Shown: positions 40,603-53,608 of the stretch, piece after piece
Numbering within the stretch: the first letter of the stretch is position 1
How the letters are laid out: each line of letters opens with the position of its first letter
DNA from: Eledone cirrhosa
Lineage: Eukaryota
Length of the DNA: 64,000 bases
Assembly (NCBI GenBank): GCA_964016885.1
Contig: OZ024743.1
Coordinates: forward strand, 215,016,001 to 215,080,000
Reading direction: 5' to 3'
Translations under genes and position numbers: made by a program
Notes under the pieces: model-generated
Databases searched by the model: none
What the model saw: only the letters and a program-made list of their open reading frames with translations
What the model was told of the DNA's origin: nothing

Positions 40603-43365
40603 ATAATGTTTGTACATATAACCAGCCTCCTATTCCACTGAAGAATCATACATATACATATTGTTGACAACAGTGTGGGATGGATGCGTCATATATTATG
40701 TTATACTATAATTGTACAATAAGATTCAAAATTAAAATTAAAAAGCTTTTGGTGGAGCACATGTGACAGATAATACAAGATCATCTAGTAAATAAATAAA
40801 ATTAAAGAGACAGTACGCGCTAAAAACTGATTTATGTAGACACCAAGTCTAACCACCCTAGATCCATATTAAACTCTATCACTAAAGGTATTTATAACAT
40901 AATCTCTAATCTATCTCATAACGAAACCATATTTAGCAATAATTTACAGTACTACAATCAGGCATTAGCTAAATCAGGCCATAGTAATGGGATTGAGTTC
41001 CTACCTAGAAAATAACATAGTTCCAACATTGTTTCTGACAATATGGCCATGAGGAATAGCGGTAGTAAGAAGAATAACTACCCCTACACTAATACAAAGG
41101 GTAGTATCAAGCCCAACTCGCACCATAGTAGACACTAAAATATTATAAACATAAATACCTCAATAGATATAAATAACAAAAATAGAAGAACTAATACTTG
41201 TTTCAACCCCCCCTTCAATCTAAACGTCTCTACCAACTTACCTAAGGCCTTCTTCTCAATCCTAAAAAGAAACCTCCCGTCGGGCCACAAGTACCATACG
41301 CTTTTAAATAAAAACACCATTAAAATCTACTACTCTACCACGCCTAACATAGCATACCATATAGTTAGTAGTAATAAAAGAAATATTAATGCTTATCTCC
41401 ATCAAATTAAAACACAAGAGGGAAACTTTCGAAACAACATAATAACTACTAACCCTAATAGCAATAGTAACAATAGTAGTAACAATAATGAAATCAATAA
41501 CATTGGGACCGACAACCATCATAGCTCTAATGCAATCCCTAACAACCAGATGTCTACGCATATAATAACCGACAGGATATAACCCAAAATAAATGTATCT
41601 GTAGATCTAATAGAACCTGCTTAATCAAGGACATCATTTACTCATGCACGGTCAACACTATCAACTCTTCTAAAACCTATATAGGCTCCACTTCGAACTG
41701 CTTCAAGACGAGATACAACTCACACCTTCACTCTTTCAGGAAGCACAATCTAGCCAACTCCACTTCACTATCTTGCTACACACACTATCTGAAAACTAGG
41801 ACTAAATCATATACACTTCAATGGGAAGTAGTAGGTAGGGTAACATCGTATAAACCACCTAATAAATGTTGTAACCTCTATCTTCTAGAGACCCATACTA
41901 TAATCGTTTTGAACCTTAATCTCCTTAATAAAAAAAATCGGAGTGTTTGCATCGTACTAGCACCGCTTCCGACACTATTTCCAAAGCTTTAAACCTTGTA
42001 TATAGCAATGTCAGTTTTGAACTCAGCACCTCCATTAGCACTTCACCTTTAGGGATTGCATTGCACCACTGCACCACACTCTTTGATCCACCCTTTCCTC
42101 TACACAATTCAGCCGACCTATAACTCTATACTCTTAATATAGTAAACTTTGATTACTTATAATTATATAGTGATGGAAATATAATTTGGATACATTTTAA
42201 ATATTAAACGTAACAATGAATTATATATACATTTTCAGTTAAATGTAAAAATTAATATCATTGCATATATAGGATTAATGTAGTAACATAAGGGATTTAT
42301 CTAACTTAAATGCAATATGCAACAATGAATTATGTATACATCTATAATTAAATGTATGGATTAACATTAATAACATTGTATATAAAGCATGTGTTTATTT
42401 ACTCTGGAGATATATCTATTTTACCATGCAAACAGCTATACGGTATTACATAGCTTACCATATACTGGATAGACAGCAATGTAGTAAAACCTTTGATATA
42501 TTTTGGGAGGATAGGCTGTATCTAAGATTAAATTAATAACACTTATATATAACACTTTGTACGGGAATATATAACACTTTGTATGGGAAATTCAATTATG
42601 GCACTTCATAATACTTTATAGGCAACTTTATAATGATACCTTAATGAATTAGGAGAGAGTAGACTGGGATTAAAATTAAATTAAATATAAATATATAGTT
42701 TCTATATTAGGCCCTCAATTATAACACTATATAAAGTACCTTAGAACAATGAGTTTAATTATTATTATAATGATCTAGTTACCTCCCCATACGCATTAGC
42801 TCCCCTTATTTCCATTCCCACTTCCGGGAATTAAACAGTAGTAAAATCTCCCAGCTCTACAAATTTAGTATACGATACGGACTAAATATCACTAAGTTAC
42901 TTTACATTACAAGCCATTACTATGAGAGACACTCAATACAAATATATCGTGACAAATGTAATGGATGTGAAACCTGGAACTTTCTTATTATACACATACA
43001 TATTTGAACTACACAGAAAATATCTCCGCATTGCAACCGCTATAATATAACACCACGCTCGCTTTAAGTGCTTTTATTTTGTATGCAACACCCAGCACAC
43101 TTGATACTTTTGCATGTTCAATTGGTTTATATATGACTAACGCACGTACTGTCTCTTTAATTTTTATTTATTTAGTAGATGCTCTTGTATTATCTGTCAC
43201 ATGTGCTCCACCAAAAGCTTTTCATTTTAATTTTGAATCTTATAGTACAATTATAGTATAACATAATATATGTCGCATCCATCCCACACTGTTGTCCACA
43301 ATATGTTTCTGCATGATTCTTCAGCGGAATAGGAGGCTGGTTATATGTACAAACATTATTAATAA

Positions 43366-43412
43366 TGCTCCTAAGACTCCAAGCCTAGGCTTGGAAGAAA
43401 CAATTGTCAGCA
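43366..43412 (+). ncRNA. Hammerhead-like motif in the pLTR (variant core CCTAAGA, GUC site)
   Basis: TGCT-CCTAAGA-CTCCAAGCCTAGGCTTGGAA-GAAA-CAATTG-TC-AGCA. The inverted copy at about 40361-40407 has a perfect 9-bp stem II. Confidence 0.55.
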
Positions 43413-43595
43413 ATTAAATGTTCTAACATAGCTTTGATTCTTTTGTATTCTATATTACTGCTCTGTATAACAAATGATGTCCTAACATTGAGCTATTTAT
43501 CTTACTGGTAATACGGTAGTAATAAATTACTGACCTTACCTGTTTATAGTTGTATATAGTATAGTATATACATAACTATACATATTATCCTTAAT

Positions 43596-43674
<79 letters not shown>

Positions 43675-43677
<3 letters not shown>

Positions 43678-44248
43678 GTTTCTGAATTTGTTTAGCAAGA
43701 TTCTTTATCTGAAAACGTGTGTTGAAACCGATATTGTTATACTTTGGGAGGGTCATGTTGCCAATAAGAAACACACGCACCATGTGATTTCACTTCAATT
43801 TATTATAATAAATTCATAAATTTAGGAATTTATAAATTTCCGGTTGGTTGGTTGGTTCCACAACCAGATGGTTGTTTATATATTGTCAAAGTTTTTTCGT
43901 CACACATTATGTCACCTCTGCAGTGACTGGGGATTCCTTTCTTTGTTTTTGTGTGCTTCTCCATGTTCTGTCCTACGCCATCTTGTTTTTTTGTTTTTTT
44001 AACACACACACACAAACAAGATGGCGTAGGACAGAACAAAGGAGAGGCACAACAAACAAAGAAAATAATCCCCAGTCACTGAAGAGGTCACATAATGTGT
44101 GACGAAAGAACTTTGACAATATATAAACAACCATCTGGTTGTGGAACCAACCAACCGGATATTTATAAATTATAATAAATTGAAGTGAAAGCAATTGGTG
44201 CGTGTGTTTCTTATTGGCAACATGACCCTCCCAAAGTATAACAATATC
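43675..44248. mobile_element. Fold-back insertion, about 250-bp arms, in (AT)n
   Basis: 43730-43987 is inverted to about 44013-44248, and the left arm carries an extra tail of about 55 bp. Confidence 0.88.
44075..44117 (+). ncRNA. Minimal type I hammerhead motif
   Basis: GTCA-CTGAAGA-G-GTCACATAATGTGTGAC-GAAA-GAAC-TT-TGAC. The mirror copy in the left arm is mutated (CTGCAGA). Confidence 0.68.
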
Positions 44249-45959
44249 TATATAAATATATATATATATGCACATACATACATATGTGCATGATTGTGTT
44301 TGTATGTGAGATCAGCTGTGTATATGAGTGTGAGTATGTAAGCGAGTGCTAATTTACTTCAAATGCATTTCTTGTCGAGCCATGAGATGATATGTATAAG
44401 CTATTTTATTTTAACTATGTGACATACATTTAGATATCACCCAATCTAATGTATATATTTTCTTTTCGTTCTCTACCAAGTTTTATTTCGTTAAAAGGTG
44501 TTATAAGAATATTTACCAGCTTCCTAAACAAAGAGCATATATATTGTCTTGTATATTTCCTTGCTTCCTAATTCAATTTTTCTTAGTTTTCACTTATTCC
44601 TTATCTGTATTCAATTATACCTTACATCAATACGTTTAGCTTTTATAAACTTTCCTCTGTTTTCTGTACAATGAAACTTCATGTTATTTGGGGAGTTGTA
44701 TAACGAATCAAGATAACATTCTTTCCATTTTTTTCTGTTATTTTCTAAAATATCTTCGTTATTTCTATATATTTATAATTTATTTTGCGTTCTTTTCAAA
44801 GCAAGGAAATGTGAACAATAAATCTGATTTATATTGTTAAAAGTATCTTGTAATTTCATATTCTTATTTGTATACTTAAATCTGCTTGGAAAACAATCCA
44901 ATCTAATTTTAGTAAATCCTGAAAACTTTTAAAACAGAAATCATTCGATGATGGAAGAAATAGTGTAGAGAAAACGGTTAAACATTGTGTTTCAATAAAG
45001 GTCTTCGTAGTTTAGTTGTGTAGTACCAATCCCATTGTAGTGGAAATAAATATATAAAACATAAACTAAATAAATAAAGTAAAGGGCGTTACGATTTATG
45101 TTGCGTGTTCTTTCTTTACGTTAAAGTTCTATTTGATAGTATAGGAATTAATATATTCTTTGTATCTAACTTAAAATAATGGAATTTCGCTTTCTAAATT
45201 ATCAGAAATTCACTATTCTTTGTATACGCTGGAAAAGACGCACGCACAAATATACCCCCACCACATGTGTGTGTGTGTGTGCGTGTACTTTGCGTTAGAG
45301 AGAGAGAGAGAGAGTGTGAATGAAGGGGCAGTAGACATAGATATACTATTAAATTCAAGGATGGAAGGAAAATGTACATAAAAACAATCAAATATACACT
45401 AATCCTCATAAACAAACACACAAACACACACACACATATACAGCCTTAAACTATGTTCTTTCGCAGGCACGTATTCTGGACAGGACAATTTGCTGGACTT
45501 CTGCAGTTTGAGTCATTATTCGGAGTATGTGTTGTCGCTCAGGCTCGTCCATTGGGTTGGTTAAACTCTGGTTCTGGATTAATTAAACTGTGTCTGTTGC
45601 AACATCGCTTACTGTATATTTTTCTTTACGACTGTAATGTTATCAGCAGGTTTGCAAGCCACTGCTCTTATGTTTTCGCTGCGTATTCCGTCTAATTTGT
45701 TATTCTTCACTTTGGCTATCTTTAGCGCAATGTTTTGCAGTTGAATAAGATAACTTAACCTTGTTCCAATATAAACATTCTTCTGTACTTATGAGATTTG
45801 AAGAAACATTTGTCTAGTGCCCTGACAAATGCCGGGGAATATTAGTGGTTTATCCCATACGGGAATGTGGTGGTTTATCCCATACAATATTAGGTGACCA
45901 GGTTCAATTAAGTTATTGTTTTATGTTACTATGTGTATATATGATCCGGATGCTTTGCG

Positions 45960-46335
45960 GGATACGTTTGATCACGCATTGCGACTAGTGCTATTGGTAT
46001 TGTTTAGTATCGATGTTATTTATTTTCAGAACAATACCCTAACGAATTACACATTAGATTAGATGTTGTCTGCCTGTTTCTTCTACAACAACTACAACGA
46101 TACGCGATGGGGCCCACCCACAGCCCAGGCGGACAGAATGGAGAAGGCGTTTCCCCGGGGGACGGCGAGGGAGACGCGCTGGAAGAGCCACTCCAACTCG
46201 CGGGGCTCACACTGTGGCTGGCCAGCTCAGCGCCTACGGTGGTGAGTAAGGAGGTAGCCCTGGGGCCGAGCACACCAGAAGTCTCCATTGCCAGGGGTAC
46301 GACCACAAACCTGTCGGAGAGCGACCGGTTTTTTT
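45960..46335 (-). pseudogene. 3' fragment of a CRE-clade retrotransposon (RLE domain end)
   Basis: VVPLAMETSGVLGPRATSLL...RELEWLFQRVSLAVPRGNAFSIL across one frameshift. Confidence 0.8.
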
Positions 46336-46852
46336 AGGAGTGTTGTTGTAGCCAGAAGTTGATACGGCTGTGATTGGCCCTTCGTATAAGCTATAAGCGA
46401 GTGGCATTTGGTTTATTGCATTTAGAAGTGGTTTAGTGTGTGAGTGTGTGTGTGGGAGAGAGAGGGAGATAATGGGAAACAGTGAGAGAGGAATAGAGAG
46501 AGAGAGATAACACAACAATAAATTTGAATTCGGGTGATTTAGAGTTTGTGATGGTCAGAATAATGAGGATGATGACGTTGTATGTGATGATTATATTGAT
46601 AAATATGACGATGATCATGATGAAATACAATGATGATGACAATGATGTTGACGAGGGGGAGGGGGCAGGAGGAGAAAGATGGTGAGAATGTATGCATATG
46701 ATGATGTGAATGATGATAATGAAAATGATAATGATCGTGATGATAAATAGATTAGGCACAAACAAAACCGACAACAGCATAAAACAATTTAAGTTGTCAT
46801 CAAATAGTTTATGCCACGAAATATTACTAAACGTTCTGTAGAACACGCAAAA

Positions 46853-47075
<223 letters not shown>

Positions 47076-47651
47076 ACGAAACATTGGGCAGATCCAGTTC
47101 AAAAACGATGATTATCCTTTATTTCGAAAGTCATGTTATTGTTCACAATAACGTTTATCTGAAGGATAGACAGTTACTCGGACGTACTACAAAGATGTTT
47201 TGGAACGTCTTCGATAAGCGAGTCCAAAAGTACATTGCACTACTTTCAATTAGAGAATATCTGTCGAAGGGAAATATTCCCAATCTTTGACACCCTCCGA
47301 AAAACACAGATCTAGCTCCATTTGATTTATACTACTTCCCTCAGTTGAAATGGAAATGGAAGGGTCATTATTTTGTGACTGTGGAAAACATACACAAATT
47401 TGTAATCAACAAGTTGAGGACACTCACAAAATATTACTACAGGTACCACTACGATCAATGGAAATAAACGTTGGAATCACTGTGTGAATTGCTAAAGTCG
47501 TATTTTCGATCGGATCGTGTATCATTATGTATAGCTCATATATATTTAAATAAAATATCAATGCTCTTGCTTTTGCCACAGATCTCATATATATATATAT
47601 TTTACAATTCCAACCAGCCCATCCCCTCAATCTATCTTATTTCTCATTCTT

Positions 47652-47687
47652 TCTTCTGATGAAGGACTAGCGTCCGAAACGTTAAGA
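47652..47687 (+). ncRNA. Minimal type I hammerhead motif in a 170-bp insert between (AT)n tracts
   Basis: TCTT-CTGATGA-A-GGACTAGCGTCC-GAAA-CG-TT-AAGA, with an AACGTT palindrome at stem III. Confidence 0.7.
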
Positions 47688-47794
47688 CCCTCTTCCTGCT
47701 ATATCAAGCGTTAAACTAATCTATCAATTCCATATACTGTACCGATTGCGTTGTTATTTCTGTTTAACTTTTATATATATATATATATATGGAT

Positions 47795-47990
47795 ATAACG
47801 AGGGAATTGTGGTAAGGAATCAGGTGGACCATAACGCCCCAGAGTACTCAATACTTAGGGTAGTAGTTTGGTGATAGAAAAAGGTATGAACCCGACGGCA
47901 GAGCTCAAGCCGTTTCGAAGGCTATTTCAGTACTGAAATAGCCGTCGAAACTGCTTGAGCTCTGCCGTCGGGGTCATACCTGTTCCTATA
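47795..47990 (-). mobile_element. Fold-back family F, copy D
   Basis: Inverted repeat at about 47874-47989 plus the shared tail at 47795-47873. Confidence 0.8.
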
Positions 47991-48009
47991 TATGGAGATA
48001 TATATGTAT

Positions 48010-48057
<48 letters not shown>

Positions 48058-48852
48058 CAGAAATCATTGCAAAAGAGAGAGAGAGAGGTTGTTAGATAGA
48101 TAGACGATGGACAGGTAACTACACGTGGTTCCTTGTATGCATATTTAGATGAAATTATACCAGATATTTAGATCAAGGCTGCACATTTTTCAAAGAGTGT
48201 CTTTGTTGTTGTTGAGAAAACGCCGAAGCACAAGAGGTTTTCCATTAAGTAGTCATCATTTTCCCTGTATAAAAACGAGGAGGGGTGCAATTTATATCTG
48301 CTCCAACTACCAGAAGTAATTCTATCTCCCTCATGGTGTTTCCTCCGACGCCCGACAATGAGCATTCCTGCATATATACAAATGAACAATAAAATGATAT
48401 ACACACCGTATCTCATTATATAAAATAATATAATTTATTTTAAAATGTATTGTTCCTGAAGCAACCATAGATAATAGGTTATATGCTTACATTTAATGTG
48501 CTGTCTGGATCCGGAGGATCGTTTGTGTGTATGCGTCTATATATGAATTCGTGTACAAAAAGTTCAGCTAGTTAACGGTAAATTTACGGTTCACTATAAC
48601 ACATCATAATTATTGTCATGTAGATCTTATTTTTAAAGTTAACGCCGTATCAAACGTGTATGAGAAATGTGAATGGACGAAGTGAGGGATTGAATGACTT
48701 CTACGTTTAAAATGTTTACTACAGCACCGCCAGATACTGAATTATTCATATAATTTACAGGATTGCCGTGCTATGCTTTTTCTGTTATAACGCCCGTGTT
48801 ATCATTTTTCAATAAATATCATTTAAGTTAATAACATATACAATAAGTAATA

Positions 48853-49020
<168 letters not shown>

Positions 49021-49207
49021 GTTGTTATATAGTAAGGTGCATTATTGGTTGTGTAAAATGGTCCAATAACTTTATGTTAGCATTATTAAGTTCTCCACGC
49101 TTTTGTATATCTTCAATTCCATTCAAGGGAACAGCTAGATGATGTAAAACGGAGTATTAAGTATCAAAATGAAAATCCGAAGGCAAGGTAAAATTACAAT
49201 CATTTAA

Positions 49208-49281
49208 TCACGACACATGTTTCAATAAGAGATATATCGATTGTGAAGCCATGATCGATTATCACTGCCCTCATCAGGTGA
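49208..49281 (-). ncRNA. Type I hammerhead motif with GUC site and long stem II
   Basis: Minus strand reads TCAC-CTGATGA-GGGCAGTGATAATCGAT...ATCGATATATCTCTTATT-GAAA-CATGTG-TC-GTGA, inside an AT-flanked insert at about 49020-49550. Confidence 0.72.
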
Positions 49282-49557
49282 AAATTAATTGTCTTCACAT
49301 TCTTGATATGAGGGAGAAAATAACGATGTTCTCCCACAGAATTCATTCCCTCATAAGAAGACACACGAGTCAGAGACACGGCGACTGCTATTAACTTCAG
49401 TTGAAGTTATAATAGTTTTCAAATGTTTATATTGCTGCAAAAGACGCTGGACATCAATCAAATCTTTAGGGATACAGTCAGTCACAGTTAATTTGAGTGG
49501 GTACACACACATTCGACACCCACATACACTGGCTCGAGGTCAAAGAAAAATATATAC

Positions 49558-49638
<81 letters not shown>

Positions 49639-49639
49639 A

Positions 49640-49873
49640 TGGGCTTTCTCCACGATGGCCCTCGTAAGTCTCCCCCACCTATTGGCGTATTTTTCATTCT
49701 TCTTTTATTACATCCTGTTTTTATTTGTTTTTTTTACACGCAGAAATGCCCATTTGTACCGTCCTGGATTGTCCTGTACTGTCCTTAATGTCTACTTTGT
49801 GTAAACCCTTGTGGTTAATAAAGAAAGCATTACAATTATTATTATTTTTATTATTATTATTATTATTATTATT
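49640..49873 (+). mobile_element. 3' UTR fragment of the Tx1-like LINE with (TTA)n tail
   Basis: Matches about 56824-57024 (TTTACACGCAGAAATGCCCATTTGTACCGTCC...AATAAAGAAAGCATTA). Confidence 0.9.
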
Positions 49874-51660
49874 GGCGACCTACGTAGGAAATCGTATCAT
49901 CGTGAGCTCCGCAAAGGTTTGTTGATTTCGTTTGTTTAAAATTGCCATTTATGGAAAATTTCTGTTGTTAACTATTTATAAGTTAACAAAATTTGCGGAA
50001 AAGGACACTCAAAAAAATTGGGGCCTTGAGCCCCAAATTTTAACTTTTAAAATTATCAAACAAAAAATAATTTCTTTGAAAAAAATCATGGACGACTCAC
50101 AGTCACACCTTCCACACAAACTAACACCTCACACCGACACAACAATGGTAAATATTACTACGTTTGCCAACACTAAATTTATAAGCATTAGCAATAATTT
50201 AAATGTGTCTAATGCAGACATTCATTTCCCGCCATTACCAATGAGTGCAGGTCCACCACAGCTACAACAGAAACAAAAGAAAAAAATAAATTATCTGGTG
50301 ACATCGAAATGGATTCACCCAGAATGGACTCTTCCACACCGAACACCAGTGACGCCACCAACACCACAACTAAAACTAAAAATAACAATAATAAAAATAA
50401 CGATAACAACAACATCAACAACAAAAATGAGAATAAGAAAACTACCCTGTCTTTTGCCAGAGTAGCAAAAAAGTGCGAAGAAATCCAGGTAACTCAGGAG
50501 GAATTAGATGAAGCCAAGAGAACGGTAAAGAAAGATGGGTAGAGGGTCAGCCCCCCCCCCACACACACACCTAATAAAATGGAGCCTAGGCGCCTATGCA
50601 CCGTGTCTTATCGGACGATTAACATAAAATCGCGCCGAGTGGAACGGGCATCCGAGTCCCAAATCCCAAAAGCTTTGGGACATGTGTGGGCAAAATAACC
50701 TCACATCAGACGTGGTGAGAAATATGGAACCGTGGAGTGTTCTTTGGATCACCACAGGAGGACAGAGAACACTCCATGGCCCCATTAAGAAGTGACGACT
50801 TCACACTCGTCCGAAGCTATTGTGGCCAGAGACTCGTGAATATTAGGGTCACCCACGTTTCACCGGCCATCGAAATTCCCTGGCTAATGGCTGCCGTCCT
50901 AGCCGGCATCTAAGCCAACACCAAGATAATCGAAATAGCGAAAGAAAAGCAGGAGAACTGTTCCGGATCTGGGATGGAGCTCCTGATCCAAGCGGACCAA
51001 AATAGTTTGAGGAGATCCCAGAGGCAATAGACCTCATTGACGGCAGCCACCTTACTGTAATCGTCGAGGGAAGAAGGCCTAGGTGTGTCGTTTGTGGTGA
51101 AGGAACCTACCTAAGGGCTTTCTGCTCTCAGGCTAAAAGGTTGAGGCCACCTCTCTTATCCACCACAGTGACTCAACCAACAAAACCACCAGCAGCAGAA
51201 ATGGCAGCAACAATTATAGCACCAACAACATAAGCAACTGTAACAGCAACAACCCCAGCAACAGTAGCAAAACCAACACCAGCACCACCCAACGCGCCAG
51301 AACTAGCACCAGCCCTACACCATCCACCACGCCACAACCAAAACCAACGCCTGTGGAGAAATTTCCACTCCCCGACCTATCGCAACTGGAGACAGATTGT
51401 GACGACTAGGAGTGGGAAACGGTATCAGGTAAAAAGAAAAAAAAAGTAACCAAAAAAGAAAAAAATCCTCTTCCTTCGCTCTCCAAAAACAAAATACGGA
51501 GGGAAACAAATAAACTATCACACAAAATGGGTAGGACAGCTATGCCACCAACCAAGACCAGCATCACCAACCCCATCACCACAAACACCCACACCATCAC
51601 CATCATTAAAGCCAACACCACCATCACCAACACCACAAAAGTCACCAAAAAGCGAAACTT
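49874..51660 (+). mobile_element. Tx1/L1-like LINE 5' UTR + decayed ORF1 (copy A, lacking ORF2)
   Basis: About 50043-51660 is a diverged direct duplicate of about 51655-53230 and includes the zinc-knuckle region. Confidence 0.8.
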
Positions 51661-52006
51661 TTATAATTATCAAACAAAACCATTTATAATTATCAAACAA
51701 AAAATTTTCTTTGAAAAATCATTGATGACTCAGAGTCACTCCTTCCTCACAAACTAACACCTCACACCGACACCACCATTGTAAATATGACTACGTTTGC
51801 CAACACTAAATATATAAGCACTAGCAATATTTTTAATTTGTCTCAGGCATATATTCATTTCCCGCCATTACCAATGACTGCAGGTGTTAAAACCGCCACC
51901 ACCACCACCACCACCGCGACAACCCCCCCCCCCCCCCCCCACCACCACCACCACCACCGCGACAACAGAAACAAAAGAAAACAATTAATTAACTCGTGAT
52001 ATCGAA

Positions 52007-53574
52007 ATGAATTCAACTAAAATGAACTCTTCCACACCGAACACCACTGACGCCACCACCACCACCACAACTGAAACTGAAATTAATAATAACAAAAATA
52101 ACGATAAAAACAACAGCAACAATGAAATTAAGAAAACGATCCTGATTTATGCCAGAGTAGCAAAACAATGCGAAGCATTTCAGGTAACTCAGGAAGAATT
52201 AGAAGAAGCCAAAAAAAATGGTAAAAAAAGATGTGTACAGGGTCAGCCTCAGCCCCAACCTAATAAAATGGAGTATCGGCACCTATGCACAGTGTCTTAT
52301 CGAACAATTAGTATAAAATGGCGTTGAGGGAACGGGCATCCGAGTCCCAAATCCAAAAAGCTTTGGGAAATGTGTGGGCAAAAAAACCCGACAGAACACG
52401 TGGGCAGAAATATGGAACCGTGGACGTGTTCTTTGAAACACCACAGGAGGCTAGAGAACACTCCATGGCCCCATTAAGAAGTGACGACATCACACTCGTC
52501 CCAAGCTATTGTGGCCAGAGACTCGAGAATATCAGGGTCACCCACGTTCTACCGACCATCGAAATTCCCTGGCTAATAGCTGCCGTACTCGCCGGCATCG
52601 AGGCCAACACCAAGAAAATCGAAATAGCGAAAGAAAAGCAGGAGAACTGGTCCGGATCTGGGATGGAGCTCCTGATCCAAGCGGACTAAAAAAACCTTGA
52701 GGAGATCACAGAGGTAATAGACCTCGCTGACGGCAGCCACCTCACCGTAATTGTCGAGGGCAGAATGCCTAGGTGTGTCGTTTGTGGTGAAGGAACCCAC
52801 CTAAGGGCTTTCTGTCCTCAGGCTAAAAGGTTGAGGCCACCTCTCCTACCCACCCCAGTGAGACAACCATCAACACCACCAGCAGCAGAGATGGCAGCAA
52901 CAACTGTAGCAGCAACAACAGTAACTGTAACAGTTTTCCACTCCCCGACCTATCACAACTGGAGACAGATTGTGAAGAAGAGGAGTGGGAAACGGTATCA
53001 GTAAGAATGAAAGAAAGAAACCAAAAAAGAAAAAAAATCTCTTCCCTCCCCGTCAAAAAACAAAATACAGAGGGAAACAAAGAAATTATCAAACAAAAAA
53101 GTCAGGACAGATATGCCACCATCCACACCAGCATCACCAACCCCTACACCACAAACACCAACACCATCACCATCATTAACCCCAACACCACTATCACCAA
53201 CACCACAAAAGTCACCAAAAAGCGAAACAGAAACAAACCCACAACAAACGCAAACAAAACAAAACAACCAAAACGATACACACTACACAGCATTAAATTT
53301 GAACAACAACCAATTATTACACTACATCCAACACAACACCAGCATCACAGAAAAACATTACACAACAACCCAAAAGTTCACACCATTTCCACACATACAA
53401 ATCAATCGCATCACAGAGAAAACGTACACGACAATAAAACAAAAATTCCCCAAAGACATCGGAGACTTCCGACAAACACTCTCCAGGAGGATTTATAAGG
53501 ACATCCTTCCGGAGGGGGCCACGAGCAGTGAAAAGGATGGACAAACCATCCTTCATCTACGAGAAGTAAGGTAA
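52007..53574 (+). pseudogene. LINE ORF1 (RRM-like region + CX2CX4HX4C zinc knuckle), disrupted
   Basis: KYGTVDVFFETPQEAREHS and RCVVCGEGTHLRAFCP. Confidence 0.72.
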
Positions 53575-53608
53575 GTGGTCTTTCCCATCTTTTCGACTCC
53601 ATTTCAAC

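Larger units (their letters stand above)
40322..43560 (+). mobile_element. 5'-truncated Naiad-type PLE with inverted pLTR
   Basis: 40322-40820 (excluding the SINE) is the reverse of about 43143-43455. 40822-41990 is paralogous to 25225-26420 (YVDTKSNHPRSIL, FNPPF, IIYSC..YIGST). Confidence 0.88.
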